DNA from: Octopus vulgaris | Taxonomy: Eukaryota | Direction of reading: 5' to 3' | DNA length: 64,000 bases | NCBI GenBank assembly: GCA_951406725.2 | Contig: OX597825.1 | Span: 35,464,001 to 35,528,000, forward strand | In this document: positions 42,053-55,598 of the stretch, one piece after another | Layout: the number at the start of each line of letters is the position of its first letter | How positions within the stretch are numbered: the stretch's first letter is position 1 | Notes under the pieces: generated by a model | The model's input: the letters and a program-made list of their open reading frames with translations, nothing else | Database searches by the model: none | What the model was told of the DNA's origin: nothing | Position numbers and translations under genes: made by a program

Positions 42053-45000
42053 GAAATATAATATATAATATAACATGATTTTTTTAAGCATCTCAAAAGC
42101 AGGCCATAAAGCAAAGAACGGAAACTAATCTCCCAGCATGCGCAGGACACGACAGGGTTTTTAATCCTTGATAGAAGCTGTTTCGTTTCCCTTTTACAAG
42201 TATTATTTATTGAAAAAGCATAAACATCACCCCATCTGATTTCCTGTTACCTTATGAATCTACACTTTATGCCTATTGACAAATTTAACATTAGAGTTTG
42301 TTGATGTTATTTAACTTCAGGTCAACCAGATTTATGATCGAAAGCATTGCAATCTTGACAACCCTGCTTTGTGTTCAGAAAGTAGCATACCTGGTGATTT
42401 ATTATTGCCCAGTGTATCCTTCTGAAGACATCAAATTCAAATAAAACATGAAGAGATTTGGTTGACACATTAATTTCTAGCAGATTGAGTCACCATGTCG
42501 AGGCTCTCGCGTTTGGTTTGAGTCGTTATTAGCATAAGTACGGGAACGAAATTTGCTTCCAGGGTGCAAACCCAGGTCCACCCCCAAGATATTCAAAGCG
42601 TTTGCATTGTTCTACAAATATTTTAGAGAGCGCTTGCAGTCCCTGCAAACCCCTGTTCCTGGTCCTAAGACATTCCAGTTATGACCATTTCATCGTTTTC
42701 CAATGTTAAGAAATCTAACTCTGCATTATCCAACATGTACATTTTCTTAAGATGGAAAGATGAAATCTGAGGAAGATTTGACTGCTTTTTCAAGCAGAGT
42801 GAGTGACTACTTAGATGGTTTCTCGGTGGGCTCGTGTTGTTATAGATTAACCACAAGGTTAGTCTGGATAAAACAGATCTATAATCAAAAATGTTCCGGC
42901 TGTGACTAAAAGAAAAGACAGACAGAAATGGTAGCGTACCAAATTATGTTTTAGCAGTAGAGCTGCGAATATGTATTCCACAGAAGTGTTCTTTCGGCAC
43001 TAAGACTGGGGGGGGGGGGGCTATACATTAGAAAAATGTTTCTTCAGCACTAGGGCCAATAGTTAAGTAGTGCAGGGAGTTTCTTTCAGGACTAGAGCTA
43101 AAGGAAAGTACCTTAAGAATGCTCTTTCAGCATTAGGGTTGAGGCAAAATACACCTGGAATGTGTTCTTTCAGCGCGTTGTATCATCGTTCTTCGAATTC
43201 AGTACATTTTAATCTGTGTTGGATCGATAAAATAAATATAATGGCTTTTTATTCTTTTGTTAGTGGTAATGTGGATGAGACCTGTATATACCCTGCTATT
43301 ATTCTGTTCTGTGTACTTAGTACTTTATTGTAGTTTGTTATGAAGAAATTAAAGATTACAAGTCGGATTAATTGATTATAGCGCCAACCTGTTTCTACTT
43401 GTATATTCGAGACATCAAATTAACGAGAAAAAAAAACGATATTACACATTAAATTCTCTTTTAGTGTTTGTTTTATTAACTCATTAAAATTTAATTTTCA
43501 TTTTCCAATTAATTCCAATTACATAACGAAAAATAAACAGTGTAGAAGAAAAATTCATAAAAGGATGATTACTCAATTGTTTGGATTCAGGAGCAGTTAA
43601 AATCATATTTTCTCTTTTATCTTTTACTGGTTTCAGTCATTGGGCTGCGGTCATGCTGGGGCACCACCTTGAGGGGTTTTAGTCGAACGAATCGACCCCA
43701 ATACTAATTTTTTAAAGTTTGGTACTTATTCGATCGTTCTCTTTTGCTGAATCGCGAAGTTACGGAGACGTAAACAAGCCAACGCCGGTTGTCAAACGGT
43801 GGAGAGGGACAAAGACATAATATTAAAGAGAAAAACAGTTTTTAATCTCTGAGCGAGATGTCGGCAAATAAACTTTAATTTAAAAGATTTATCCTAAAAA
43901 TCTTATTTAGCTGTTATTTTTAGCACACCTCACAGCCATCTCAATGCTCAATGACAAAATGAAACAAACATTAACCCAGACGCCACCTTTATGCCGCACA
44001 AAATATTGAGAACAAATACGGGTACCATAGTATGCAAACAGAAACGAAACAGCAATGACGTACGCACAATAATGGATTATCCCAACTTACCTGGGCCTCT
44101 AATCTCTCAGTAACAAACCGCATAAGCTACAAAGAATTAAATTGAATACTGACGACATCCACATTCCACCTACGACACAATGACAAAAACAAAGTACTGA
44201 AAATAAGATCTACCTTAATATTCGTGGGACAAAATTTAATACCGCAGCAAATTTCATCGATAAAATAAGTACCAGATGAGTGCTGGGGTCGATGTAATCG
44301 ACTTACCCCATCCCCCGAAATTGTTGGCCTTGTGCCCAGATTTTGAAACCAATATTTTGTGCATCAATTTGTTTTCATGACTGTCCCTTTGATATATGCT
44401 GTAAATGTTGAGGAGTTATCATATGTAACATCTATTTAGTAGAGTACCGGACCAAATATCTGACAAGCCTGGGGCCAGAAATGGCCTCAATTTCTTGATT
44501 TTCCATTTTTCTGGAGACAGCCTAAATATATACTCAAAATATAAAATAAACTATGAAACATAAAGAGCTAAATTGTGTTTAACAGATTCAGATTAATACA
44601 CTTCTAAAGTAGTATATGTTCATTAATCCACTTAATATTCTCAAATTTGTTCACACTATACCATATAATATTTTACAGGATGAAAATTAAATTAAGAAAA
44701 GTCAAGAACATTATTTTATTTGATACAAGTACACATTAATACACTCGTAAAGCAGAGTACGCAGGAACCTTTATCAATACACCTTAAAAAGTAAACAAAA
44801 CTATGTTTTACACTCTATATATAAACTTCAAAAGCAGGGTCTTCTTACAGGGCACAACTTTGCACAATATTCCCGGATTTCTGGAAGCTGGATTAGAAGT
44901 CCGATACTGTATTTTTTATCTTCTGTCAGTGTTGTAGTGTCTGTGGTTGAGCGTGATGGTTGTATTAAATGTTCCCTTGTGTCATTTATAAAAGTAAGAC

Positions 45001-46232
45001 AGTACATCTAAAAATAAGGACTACTTTAACCTCATTGGAGCATGATTTCAAGGCGATTCAGTGAGGGTTTGTGCAGTTGTGCAGCTTTGATTAGAAAATA
45101 ATAAAAGGATGTGATTATCTAGTCATTCGAATATGCAGCTGTTTGTTCGTTTTCAGAAGATGCGGCGAAAGTCTTGTAGATATAGATTTAAGAGTTGAAT
45201 GAAGTGATTGATCTTTGTAGTACGACATTCCGGAAATTGCAAGTTCGGGAAGTGTTGTTTTTGTACATTACATAGCCTTGGCGACCTCTACTTTCCTAAA
45301 TAGCGTTTTGTGTTATTTCTTAAAGGGGCAATGAATATTTTGTGAATAAGTACATAGCAGAGAATGGAATCGAAAATTTTACCGAAGTCAGTGGAAGTTA
45401 AGAATCGTGACTGTGCAGGAATTTTATCTTTGAAGCTGTCATGCTTCCTCCGTTTTATGTCCATATGGTTGCTGTTATTGTAGTTGTAGCTTAGCTGGCC
45501 AGCTTTGATCGAAAGCATTCCTGCCACGACCATCTCTACCTTTTTGTTTTATCTAGGACTACATTTGCTTTCGTGTCCATTTTTTTTTTTAAACTTTAAT
45601 CGTTAGCCTCGGTGATTATATAAGCTCCTCCGTGAAGTGATCTTGTTGAGTTGAGATTTGGAGAGGAGACATAGGTTTACTATTATGCATTGTTTTCTTG
45701 CTGAAACATGAACAGTTTGTTCAATACTTCGCCTTCGAATATTGGTTCTCACATGATTAGATCACTGGGAGACGCGGGTTCGAATCTAGCGTGGTGTTCA
45801 TACACACTTTGTATGTTCACATATTCCACTTTGCTTCAATACGTATTCACTACCGCCCAATACCAGATATTCTGATTTAACATCAGATGCGCCCGTGAAT
45901 ATTCCGCGGAATAGGCAACCTCTAAAACATTCTTATATTTTAGTTTGTTTTCTTTTTATTTCCGAGCACACTGAAAGCATTATTTCTATGACCTGGCATT
46001 ATTTCTATGAGGTGTCAAATGGAAAGGCATAGTTGTGTTTGAATTAGGATATGATTTGACAGTTATAAGTAAATATTAGGTATGGTGTGTATCAAAAAAA
46101 AAAAAAATTTGTATAAGTCTGAAATTAAACTAGTGAATGTAGTTATATAGGAGGCTGCTAGGATGCAACAGTAATTGATAGTAATAAATTGTTGGTATGT
46201 TTATCGCTCGCAGGTGGTTGTTAGTTCTGCGT

Positions 46233-46316
46233 TCTGCTGACAGAAAGAGAAAGAGTAAGCATTGCACTCTGCTGACAGAAAGAGAAAGAGTAAGCATTGC
46301 ACTCTGCTGACAGAGA
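46233..46316 (+). repeat. 35 bp tandem repeat, ~2.4 copies
   Basis: TCTGCTGACAGAAAGAGAAAGAGTAAGCATTGCAC at 46233 and 46268, partial copy at 46303. Confidence 0.95.
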
Positions 46317-49217
46317 GGAAAAAAGGGCAGAGGTGGAATCGTCCTTTCTTAATTCCGACTGAAAGCTGCTCTTCGTTTGGCAACTGAAGGACAAAGAGAA
46401 GTATTGCTCTTGGCCATGACCGACACGAACGTGCGTTTCATGCCATTCGGGTAACTTGATCCAAGCAAGTACAGTGGCAAGCAGTCAGAGCGATTCTGTC
46501 AGCTTGCTGCCTTAGAATAAGTATTGAAAAGTATTGCTTATCCTGTTCTTTTAGTCATATTTGTGGATGATAGGTTGAGCATTCAGTTGTTTGATCTCAT
46601 GAATGTTCAGCTTGTTAAACTGACGTTTAATAACTGCCTGTATATTCTACAGACACATATATCATAAGTTATACCCAAGTCAAATTAGCATGATACAAAG
46701 CTGGCTGTTTGGATTACGAATGCAAACCAACTGACGGGTCTTCACACAGTTAACGTCTGAGCAATTTCATCTATATGTCCCTATAGTAAACATAATTGTC
46801 CAAAGGGACATGTGGTGGTGGTCGGTCGGGCTGAGGGTATCGTGATTGTGAAGCAAACCTCTTAACCACACCTGCGTATTAGTGTATAACGAAATTATGA
46901 TATTGATTCGCTTGAGACGCATGAAACAGCACTATATTTCACGTTTGTATACACTCGGACATGGAAAGACTTTTCATAGCGGAAACAGTCTCAGGTAAAA
47001 TTTGCTTCCATAGACAAAATGTGTGCAAACACGTCCTTAATGGCCCAATGAGGTGCTTTCACTCATAACATCTATGAGAACTTTCTGGACTATTTCCGCG
47101 GCGAAAGGTATCCCTCACAAAAATTATCACCATTTTCAAGATGCTAAAGCATTCATGTAGGTTTTCTAAAGCTTTTAAATATATAATTAGAAAATCCGCA
47201 GTGCACTTAGAAACGTCGTGTAGTGCATCAGTGCATTGAGGAAAACCATTTATGAACCTCTGTGATCGAGTATAATTATTTTGAGGGAGATTTGACAGCC
47301 GTTTCCAGTAATGTGAGCGGCCATGTAGAAGTATTTCACTGACTATATAAAAACCTTATATAAGGGTTTATATAACAAATAGCAGGTCTTTCATCGCATC
47401 AAAATTTATCCACGCTAGTATGGGTTGGACGGGTTTATCATACAACGTAGCATTCATTATTCATCATCTTTTCTCAGCTCCTGAGATTCAACCATATCAT
47501 TCCTTCTTGTCTTCTCATGTTGGCATGGGTTGGGCGCCTTTGCTGTACATTTCTGTTAGATTCAAATCGTTTCCTAACACACCAGTGAGGCCTAATGCAG
47601 CACCGAATGACCTGACCTCGCTATTTCTTGTCTTCTTTTTCTACTGCAAGTACCGTTCTGCTGCTAGTACAACCACTTTTTGACTCAGCGTGCATTCACA
47701 TATGCTTCTTGTATTTCATAGATACAAATGCGCCACAGAAATAGCGAAAGCACAGTTCATTGAGCAAGGTGCGTATAATGGAGTTGAATAAATAATCTAG
47801 CTGTTCTACTGTTGGATATTTTGACTGTGTGGCTCTGTGCAACACTTTGCAATCATGAGGTCTCGGGTTTGTTTCCATTGCATGATACCATCGTAGGGCA
47901 AATGTCTCCAATCACAGTCATAGGTTGTAAACTAAATTAGCTAGATGGAGATTGTGTGGAAGCTCGTCTGATTAACTGCACTCATAAATTCAAAAGGACC
48001 AGACTCGACTTATTACAGGTATCTATACTCAATAATTATACAATGAATAGAGGATTCAGTTGATTAAAACTAATACAAGTCGATGACGCCGATGTTAAAT
48101 CAGTTCATTTCACTTTTCATACTATTCAGAGAAATGAAAATACACACACACGTGTTCTATAATTCAAGTTAATGAAAGAACTATTATACGTTTGCTTGAC
48201 TTGTTATAAGTAGCAGTCAAATCTTCTTCAAATCATACTCTCTTCCATCTTAACCCTTTTGAGGTACACAATGTTTTGGTATGTGTAGCCAAAACGAGCA
48301 AATTTTTTTTCTATTGAGAAACTTCGACGGAAAGACGATCTCTTGTTAACTATTATACTTCAAAACCAACCATTCACAACACGTTTCATCAGGCCGATTC
48401 ATCGGCCTGGGTGTCCAAAAAGGATTAAAGAAAAAAAAAAAAAACACACTGGATAAAATAGCTCTAGATATCATTTACCATTTACTTGTTTCATTCATTG
48501 GACTGCAGCCATACTGGAGCAACATCTTGGAGGGTTTAGTTGAACAAATCATCCTCAGTGCTTATTTTTGCAAGTCTGGTACTTATTTTACTGGTCACCT
48601 TCGCCAAACTACTGAGTTATATGGATGTAAATAAACCAACACTGGTTATCAAGCAATGGCAGGAGGAGGAGAACACAAACATACGCACACCCAGGCTTCC
48701 ATACAGTTTACATCAACATTCACTCATAGGATACTGGTTGGACTGGGACTATAGTAAAAGACGCTTCAGGTGCCATGCTGTGAATTGAACCTGAAACCAT
48801 ATGATTGTGAAGCAAGCTTCTTAACCACACAGCTAGGCCTACACCCATATACACAAAACATGCAGCACGGTCATGACAAAGATCAACCGTCAACCTGATT
48901 AAAGCACTAACTTGAAGCTAAACTACGACACAATATAACTCTTATTGTGTAAGAAGATTAACAAGACAGGTTTAACTTAAATGTCTCGGAATAATGTCCA
49001 GTCTATCCTATCAGTCCATCAAGCTAGAGTATTTGTGCAAGACAACTTCGCTGTAAAGATGCAACTTGGCAGGTTTCCACAATTAGTTTTGTTAAGACTG
49101 ACGGGGATTTTAGAATACTGTTAAACTTGAAGCCACTTCAATCATCTGGAGAGACTAAACATGAATAAAAAAAATATTTCAAAAAATGGACGTTTTTAAA
49201 AAGTCTAAGAAAGCAAG

Positions 49218-49289
49218 TCCTCAGTTGTATAGTGGTTAGTATCCCTGCCTGTTGCATAGTAGACCAGGGTTTGGTTATACAATAGGGAG
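49218..49289 (+). pseudogene. tRNA-Asp(GTC) pseudogene
   Basis: 72 nt TCCTCAGTTGTATAGTGGTTAGTATCCCTGCCTGTTGCATAGTAGACCAGGGTTTGGTTATACAATAGGGAG, collinear with canonical eukaryotic tRNA-Asp (TCCTCGTTAGTATAGTGGTTAGTATCCCCGCCTGTCACGCGGGAGACCGGGGTTCGATTCCCCGACGGGGAG). Anticodon arm, T-arm and B box are disrupted, largely at CpG sites. Confidence 0.85.
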
Positions 49290-49479
49290 GTGTTGTATAC
49301 TTTTAGGTGCAGGCATGGCTGTGTGGTTAAGAAGTATGCTTTGCAACCATGTAGTTTTGGTTCAGTCCCACTGCACGGCACCTTGGGTAAGTGTCTTCTA
49401 CTATAGCCTCAGGCTGACCAATGCCTTGTAATTTGGTAGACAGAAATGTTTAGAAGCCTGCCATGTATATGTGCACATT

Positions 49480-49519
<40 letters not shown>

Positions 49520-49789
49520 CATGAGTATGTTTGGCTGTGCCTCCACACCTACAGCTTGACAACTGGTGGTGATTTGTTTACATCCCTGTACTGAGCAAAT
49601 CAGCAAACAAGACTGATAAAATAACAAACTGTAAAAAATAAGTACTGAGAGGGATTGGTGGGGGGGGTGCAATTTGACTAAAATCCTCTCATGGCAGTGG
49701 CTCCAGCATGACTGCAGTCTGATAACCGAAACAAGCACAAGACAGAAAAATAAAAGAAAGCAACAAATAAGGGGAAAATCAAAAAAACT

Positions 49790-50533
49790 AGTGAAAGATT
49801 AGAGCATAGTTTATTTCTTTTAACACCAGGAAAAATTTTCTTTTTTCTTTTTCTTTTCAGAGGAACTTTCATATCAGGAAGCAAGTAACAATAACAAGAA
49901 AACAAAATATAATCAAATTTCTTTTTTACGAAAAGCGAGGAAGAAAAAATCCTTATGTGTTGTTTGTCTTTAATCATTTATACAAAGAGTACAAAATATA
50001 TATACATACATATATATATGGCATATATATAATATATATAATATCTATATATATATATATCTATATATATATGTATATATAAAATATATTTATATATGAC
50101 AGTTGTCATGATTGGAGCTGAATAATGGTAGTGAGTTAGATAATTCCAGAAGTATAATTCAATATTGGTATATATGTATATATAAATACATACACACACA
50201 TGCATGAATGAATATGGGTGTGTGTGTCTGTATATATATATGTGTATATATATCACTAGTTAATAGTGGTGATAGAGAGGGATGATAGTGATACAGGGTG
50301 GTGTGCCAGCTGCTAATAAAAGAAGTGTGGGTACTGTGTGCAATCACCAACAACCCTGCTGAAATCACTCAACACCACCAACACAACTGCTGCTGCTGTT
50401 ACAAACACCAAATGCCATATTTACGCAGACATTGTTAGTCACACGAGGTCTTCCATATTCACTCCAACTCACTCCATATCATCTCAACTTTCCACCCTGA
50501 CTCCTGTAGATTAAGGATGTCACCTTGCTTTTA
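49790..50533 (-). other. Probable SNX1/2 3' UTR with candidate polyadenylation signal
   Basis: Follows the stop; AATAAA on the minus strand at 49810-49815 with U-rich sequence further downstream. The true 3' end cannot be determined from sequence. Confidence 0.4.
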
Positions 50534-50584
50534 TCACGCAATTGCTTTAGCTTCAGGTAAAAATGCTTCCCAGTATTTAATAAG
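50534..50584 (-). CDS. SNX2: Sorting nexin 1/2 last coding exon (with stop)
   Basis: Polypyrimidine tract + ttacag|CTT ATT AAA TAC TGG GAA GCA TTT TTA CCT GAA GCT AAA GCA ATT GCG TGA TAA = LIKYWEAFLPEAKAIA*, the conserved SNX2 C-terminus. Not in the supplied ORF track. Confidence 0.97.
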   Translation of the reverse strand, partial: LIKYWEAFLPEAKAIA

Positions 50585-52742
50585 CTGTAAAAGAAGAAGA
50601 AGAAAAAAAAAAAAGAAATGGATTAGAAACAATAATGACTTTTTTAAAAGATGTGAATCCCTACACATGGGGAGAAGGGATGGGAAGACATCCTCACCAT
50701 TTTAACTTTCTTTGTTGCTAACATGGGTTGGCCTACAACATATTTGTCCATGTACCACAGTCGCAGGGTCATTTCTGCAGAAATATTGTCTTGAAACAAA
50801 AGAACTGATTCCTCCATCAGAGTGGATATTTCAGATTCCCCTCCCTTCTGGACAAATAATATTTGATATATGTAAACTTTTTACCTTTACCTGTTTCAGT
50901 TATTAGGCTGAGGCTATGCTGGGGCACTGCCTTGAAGAGTTTTTAGTCAAATGAATCAACCCAAGTTCTTTTGTTTTCAAGCCTGGTACTTATTCTATTT
51001 ATCTCTTTTGCTGAACCACTAAGTTACAAGGATGTAAACACACCAACAAGCAGTGGTGGTGAACAGACTCAAAGACATATACATAGTTCCAGGTTCAGTC
51101 CCAACGCATGGCACCTTGGGCAAGTGTCATCTACTAAAGCCTTGGGCTGACCAAAGCCTTGTGAGTGGATTTGCTAGACGGAAACTGAAAGAAGCCCATG
51201 GTATATATATGTTAATATATCTGAGTGTCTGTGTTTGTCCTCTCCACCATCACTTGACAACTGATGCTGGTATGTTCATGTCCCCATAACTTAGCAGTTT
51301 GGCAAAGGAGACTAATAGCATAAGTACCAGGCTTACAAAGAATAAGTTCTGGAGTTGATTTCTTCAACTAAAACCCTTCAAGGCAGTGCTCCATATTAAG
51401 TCGCAGTCAAATGACAAACAAGTAAAAGAATAAAAGACTATATATATATATATATATACATAGACGCAACAGGTTTCTTTCAGTTTCCGTTTACCAAATC
51501 CACTCACAAAGCTTTGATTGGCATGAGGCTATAGTAGAAAACACCCAAGTGCCATGCAGTGGGACTGAACTTAGAACAGTCTGGTTGGGAAGCTAGCTTC
51601 TTGCCACACAGTCATACCTGCACCTACTTAAATTTATTTTACTTCGGCTGTAAAAGCTCTAGAGTAACCTAAATATTTAGCATACTTTTATAGGTGTAGG
51701 CATAGCCATATGGTTACGAAACTTGCAACCACATGGTTTTGGGTTCAGTCTCAATGTGTCGCACTTTAGGCAAGTGCCGTCTTCTATAACCCTGGGCCAA
51801 TTAACGGCGTGAGTAAATCTGGTAGGCAGAAACTCTAAGTATTGTGTGTATGTCTATCCTCACCACCAAATGACAACTGGTGTTGGTTTGTTTATGTCCT
51901 CCAAACATTAGCAGTTCAGCAAAAGTGACTGATATAATAAGTACCAAACTTAAAAATTAAGTACTCCCATTGATTTTTTTTTACTGAACCATTCAAGGTG
52001 GTGGCCCAGCATGGCCACAGTCCTATGGCAAAAAAGTAAAAGATAAAAGATATTTGATCCCTTTTAAATTCTGAGTCTAGATTTTTCTTGTTTCCAAGGT
52101 CAATAAAATAATTATTGGTCTGTCAAGCAGGTATCAAGGTGAGTCAATGTAACTAATTATATACCCTGGAAAACGAAGACATTACGTTGCCAAATAAAAC
52201 ATTGCAATTTCTAGTGCAACTGAAAAGTTCAAACCATTAAGAGAGCTTCTGTGTCATTGCTCAACCTGTTAGAAACAACAACCAGCTTTCCTTCAAATCA
52301 TACCTTACTAACTTAAGAAATCAAATGTAGTCCTTGAGCCACTGTCTGTGAGAGGAAAACAAAAAAAGTTGAAAGCAGGATGTTACCAGATCAACTCATG
52401 AGCCAGTTGTGTACTATCTTATCTTATTTGGTCAGCTGAAAGTCAATAATATACCATCTTATTCCACTTAACTAAAAGGATGCTTTATTGTGAAGAAAAT
52501 TATGAATGTAATGACAAGATACATAGCATATTTAAGTGACAGAGACCACAACATTGTCTGAATGGGATGCCAGTCAACCACAGGGTTACTCATTTGCAGC
52601 TGAGTGAACTCAAACAACATGCGATAAAGTGCTTTGCTCAAGAAACACATCACACTGAACTGAAACGATGATCTTGCAACTATGAGTGCAACATCCAAAC
52701 CACTAGGTTACAAAAGTTCATTGACAAAGACACACACATATA

Positions 52743-53499
52743 TAGGGTGCAGTGGGTAAATTGTCACCATTTTATATTTTTAATTTTGAGCATGTGCATT
52801 ATTTGTTTTTGATTTTGTCAACTACACAGTATAGTAGGGTCAATTGGGCACCATCTGTGAGAAAAACAGCACCATGACGCAATTTATTCTGCCTGAAATT
52901 TGGAAACAACATGTTGTACTGCTTGGCATTTGAGCTGGAAACTCCAATACACACACTTCAGAATGTTTGGGTGTCAATCTGAGGACATACCAAGAGTAAT
53001 AAAAATCAAACATCCAGTCCAACATCATGGTGTTTGGAGTGATCACTAGTGATAGCGATATACCTCCATTCATCATTCCACACAGCCTCAAACTCAACAT
53101 GGAGACCTACATCAAGTGCCTGGAGGAGGTAGTGCAACCACGTCACTCCTAACATCTGGTCACCTAACTCCTCAGACTGCAACCTCCTTGATTATTGTGT
53201 GGGGTGCAGTTGAGCAAGAGACCAACAAACTCCTTGTAACACCGAAGATCAACTGAAGGCAAAGATTATGGCAGCATTCATCATCCTAAACAAAGAGACT
53301 GTCCAGAAGAGTTGCAGGAGATTCCAAAGTCATCTGGAGGGTGTGGTTGAACCCAATGATGATTTCATTGAATAAATTTACTCTTTAGTGTTTCAAGATA
53401 TTTTTTATGTAATTTTGGTAAATATATCTGTTAAAATGAGATGTCAGTGTTATTTTCATTTTTGCGTAATTTAGATGACAGTTCATTCACCACACCCTG
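52743..53499 (+). mobile_element. Tc1/mariner (maT/DD37D-like) deletion derivative in an SNX intron
   Basis: TIRs TAGGGTGCAGTGGGTAAATTGTCA / TGACAGTTCATTCACCACACCCTG, TA on the left flank; KHP..IMVFGVITSD...PPFIIP..LKLN...YI.CLEEVV and WSPNSSDCNLLDY. Confidence 0.8.
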
Positions 53500-54001
53500 T
53501 GGGTGGGTGTGTATACACACACACACACACACATACATTATATTACTTGCAAAAATGAATAGAAATGGCTTTTCTGATAATTATCCCACTTTAATAATTA
53601 ATTTACAAAAGGTTGAAAACCTAGACATGTAAACTAATGAACATTAAATTATTAAAGGGGAAAAATTATCCGAAATGCCATTTCTATTCACTTTTGCAAA
53701 GATATAATACTGTACAAAGGAATTTTTTATTCGGCCATATATATCTTACACAAACTCTATATATATGTGTGTGTGTGTGTAAATGTATGTATACATAGTT
53801 TGTAAGAGAGAGAGATAGAGAGAAAACATCAATTGATTACCAAGTCAAATTTTTTTTTTACATAATAGTGGAAGGTAATGCACTGAGTTATAGTCTCAAA
53901 ATTAAGAACTACTATTGCTTTCTCTCTCTCTCTCTCTCTCTCGGTGTACACAACTCTGTAGTAGCTATGGCCTTCATCCTTCTCTTCAATCCATTACTCA
54001 C

Positions 54002-54154
54002 CTTTTGTTGAGTCTCCATCAAATGTTCCAGGTAAGTAATCACAGCAGCTTTAAAGTCAGCCACTCTGCACACTTCAAAAAACTTCACTTCTTTCCGGAT
54101 TATTTCTGATATTTTCTCAAAGTCTTCTTGACCTTTCTCTAGTTTTTGTTCCCA
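54002..54154 (-). CDS. SNX2: Sorting nexin 1/2 coding exon
   Basis: ttttcag|TGG...AAG|gtgagt; 153 nt; WEQKLEKGQEDFEKISEIIRKEVKFFEVCRVADFKAAVITYLEHLMETQQK. Confidence 0.96.
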
Positions 54155-54227
54155 CTGAAAAGAGAATACAATGAAATATATATTTGTATATGCATTTATA
54201 TGTACATGTATATATACATGAATAGTC

Positions 54228-54428
54228 AAGGCTGGCACCAGTGTCATGTAACTGGCACATAAAAAGCACCCACCACACGCTTGGAGTAGTTGACATTAGG
54301 AAGGGCATCCAAGTGTAGAAACCATGCCAAATAGGACTGGAACCTGGTGCAGCTCCACAGCTTACCAGTTTTCAGTCAAACCATATAACTCATGCCAGCA
54401 TGAAAAAAGGATGTGAAATGATGATGAT
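54228..54428 (+). mobile_element. SINE/LINE-tail repeat with AGGAAGGGCATCCA motif and (ATG)n end
   Basis: GG.TGACATTAGGAAGGGCATCCA...TAGAAACCATGCCAAA...ATGCCAGCATG...ATGATGATGA; related copies at ~62130-62320, 54830-54910 and 56660-56770. Confidence 0.65.
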
Positions 54429-55304
54429 ACATGTATGTGTGTGTATATATGAATATACAAGTGTGTATTATACATATATATATATATATATATATGTGTT
54501 TGTGTGTGTGTATTTTATATATGTGTATGCATGTATTATATATATATGTATATATATATATATATGCACTATCATTTAATAACCCACTTATACATCTTTA
54601 ATTTCTGTGTTTCAGTCATTAGACTGTGGCCATGCAGGGTCACCACCTAGAAAGATTTTATCAAAGAAATTGACTCCAGGAATTCTTTATTTGAATTCTG
54701 GTTCTTATTTTGGCAGTCTCTTATTGCCAAATTGCTAAGTTATGGGAACATAAACAAACCAACACCAGTTGTCCAGCTACGACATTCACTCACAGGGCTA
54801 TAGAAACCAATTCAAAACAAACTATTGAACCTGATGCAACCCCTGGCCTTGCCAGTTCTTGTCAAGCCATCCAACCCATACCAGCATGGAAAATGGATGC
54901 ATGATGATGAAACATATGGTCATTGGTCATGAATCACATTAATAAATGAAAGTATGAGTGCATGCAATATTTGTTCTGGATCTTTGCACTCTGATAGCAA
55001 CACCTGTAATAGCACAAAGGTGTAGCTGTATCAATCTTTGCTACTTCTTTGGACAACATCAGTGGCAAGAAGAGAAAAAGCTTTCTCTGGCAACTGCAAG
55101 GCTTGAGGGGTTGAAAAAAAAAAAAGAAAAAGACTTTCAATTTGAAAAGGAACTTTCCAACTAGATATCCATATTGGCAGAAGGCATTTAGAGGATTTAG
55201 AAATAAACATTTTTGGCACAGGCTATGTAGTTAAGAAGCTTCCTTCCCATTCATGCAGTCCTAAGTTCAGTCCCACAGCACAACACCTTGGGCAAGTGTT
55301 TACT

Positions 55305-55598
55305 ATTTTCTTTTTGTGCCTTATAGTTTAACACACTCACCAGTAAAATTTCCACTTATTCCATATTTTTATTTTTCTAAAATTTTCAATATTTTTGACT
55401 ATAGACTATTGAAAAGGTTACAAGACACTATGAAAATTTTAGAAAAATAAAAATAAGAAATAAGTGGAAATTTTACCGGTGAGTGTGTTAAATTATAAGG
55501 CACAAAAAGAAAATGACTCTCCCCAGACACAACAGAATATGCTTCAATACACGAACTCACAAAGAATCTTGCAAACCAAATCCAAAAACGAAATATCA
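55305..55598. repeat. Copy of the 7410-7640 repeat family with an ~85 bp inverted flank
   Basis: 55405-55598 matches 7449-7640; 55305-55388 is an inverted copy of 55431-55513. Confidence 0.85.

Larger units (their letters stand above)
48480..52050. mobile_element. Cluster of CpG-depleted SINE family B copies around the SNX 3' end
   Basis: Copies at ~48480-48845 (-), 49305-49735 (+), 50880-51060 (-), 51085-51435 (+), 51470-51625 (-) and 51692-52050 (+). More in introns at ~54600-54780, 55215-55300, 56325-56770, 61580-61740 and 63730-63960. Confidence 0.8.

Noticed and set aside
44085-44100. ACTTACCTGG resembling the U1 snRNA 5' end
   Set aside because: Downstream sequence does not follow U1; better explained as a minus-strand splice-donor consensus or chance.
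45731-45800. tRNA gene around GGTTCGAATC
   Set aside because: Only a B box is visible; no convincing D arm or acceptor stem.
46233-46316. 35 bp direct repeats as a CRISPR array
   Set aside because: Units are contiguous with no spacers, the context is eukaryotic, and there are no cas genes.
48375-48410. CAGGCCGAT-TC-ATCGGCCTG hairpin with TGATGAAACG as a hammerhead
   Set aside because: The core reads CCGATGA and the cleavage position would be G; too degenerate to call.
53912-54247. 111 aa ORF as a stand-alone gene (likewise 59451..59669 and 61098..61334)
   Set aside because: Each is an SNX exon with in-frame intron sequence; the splice sites define the real borders.
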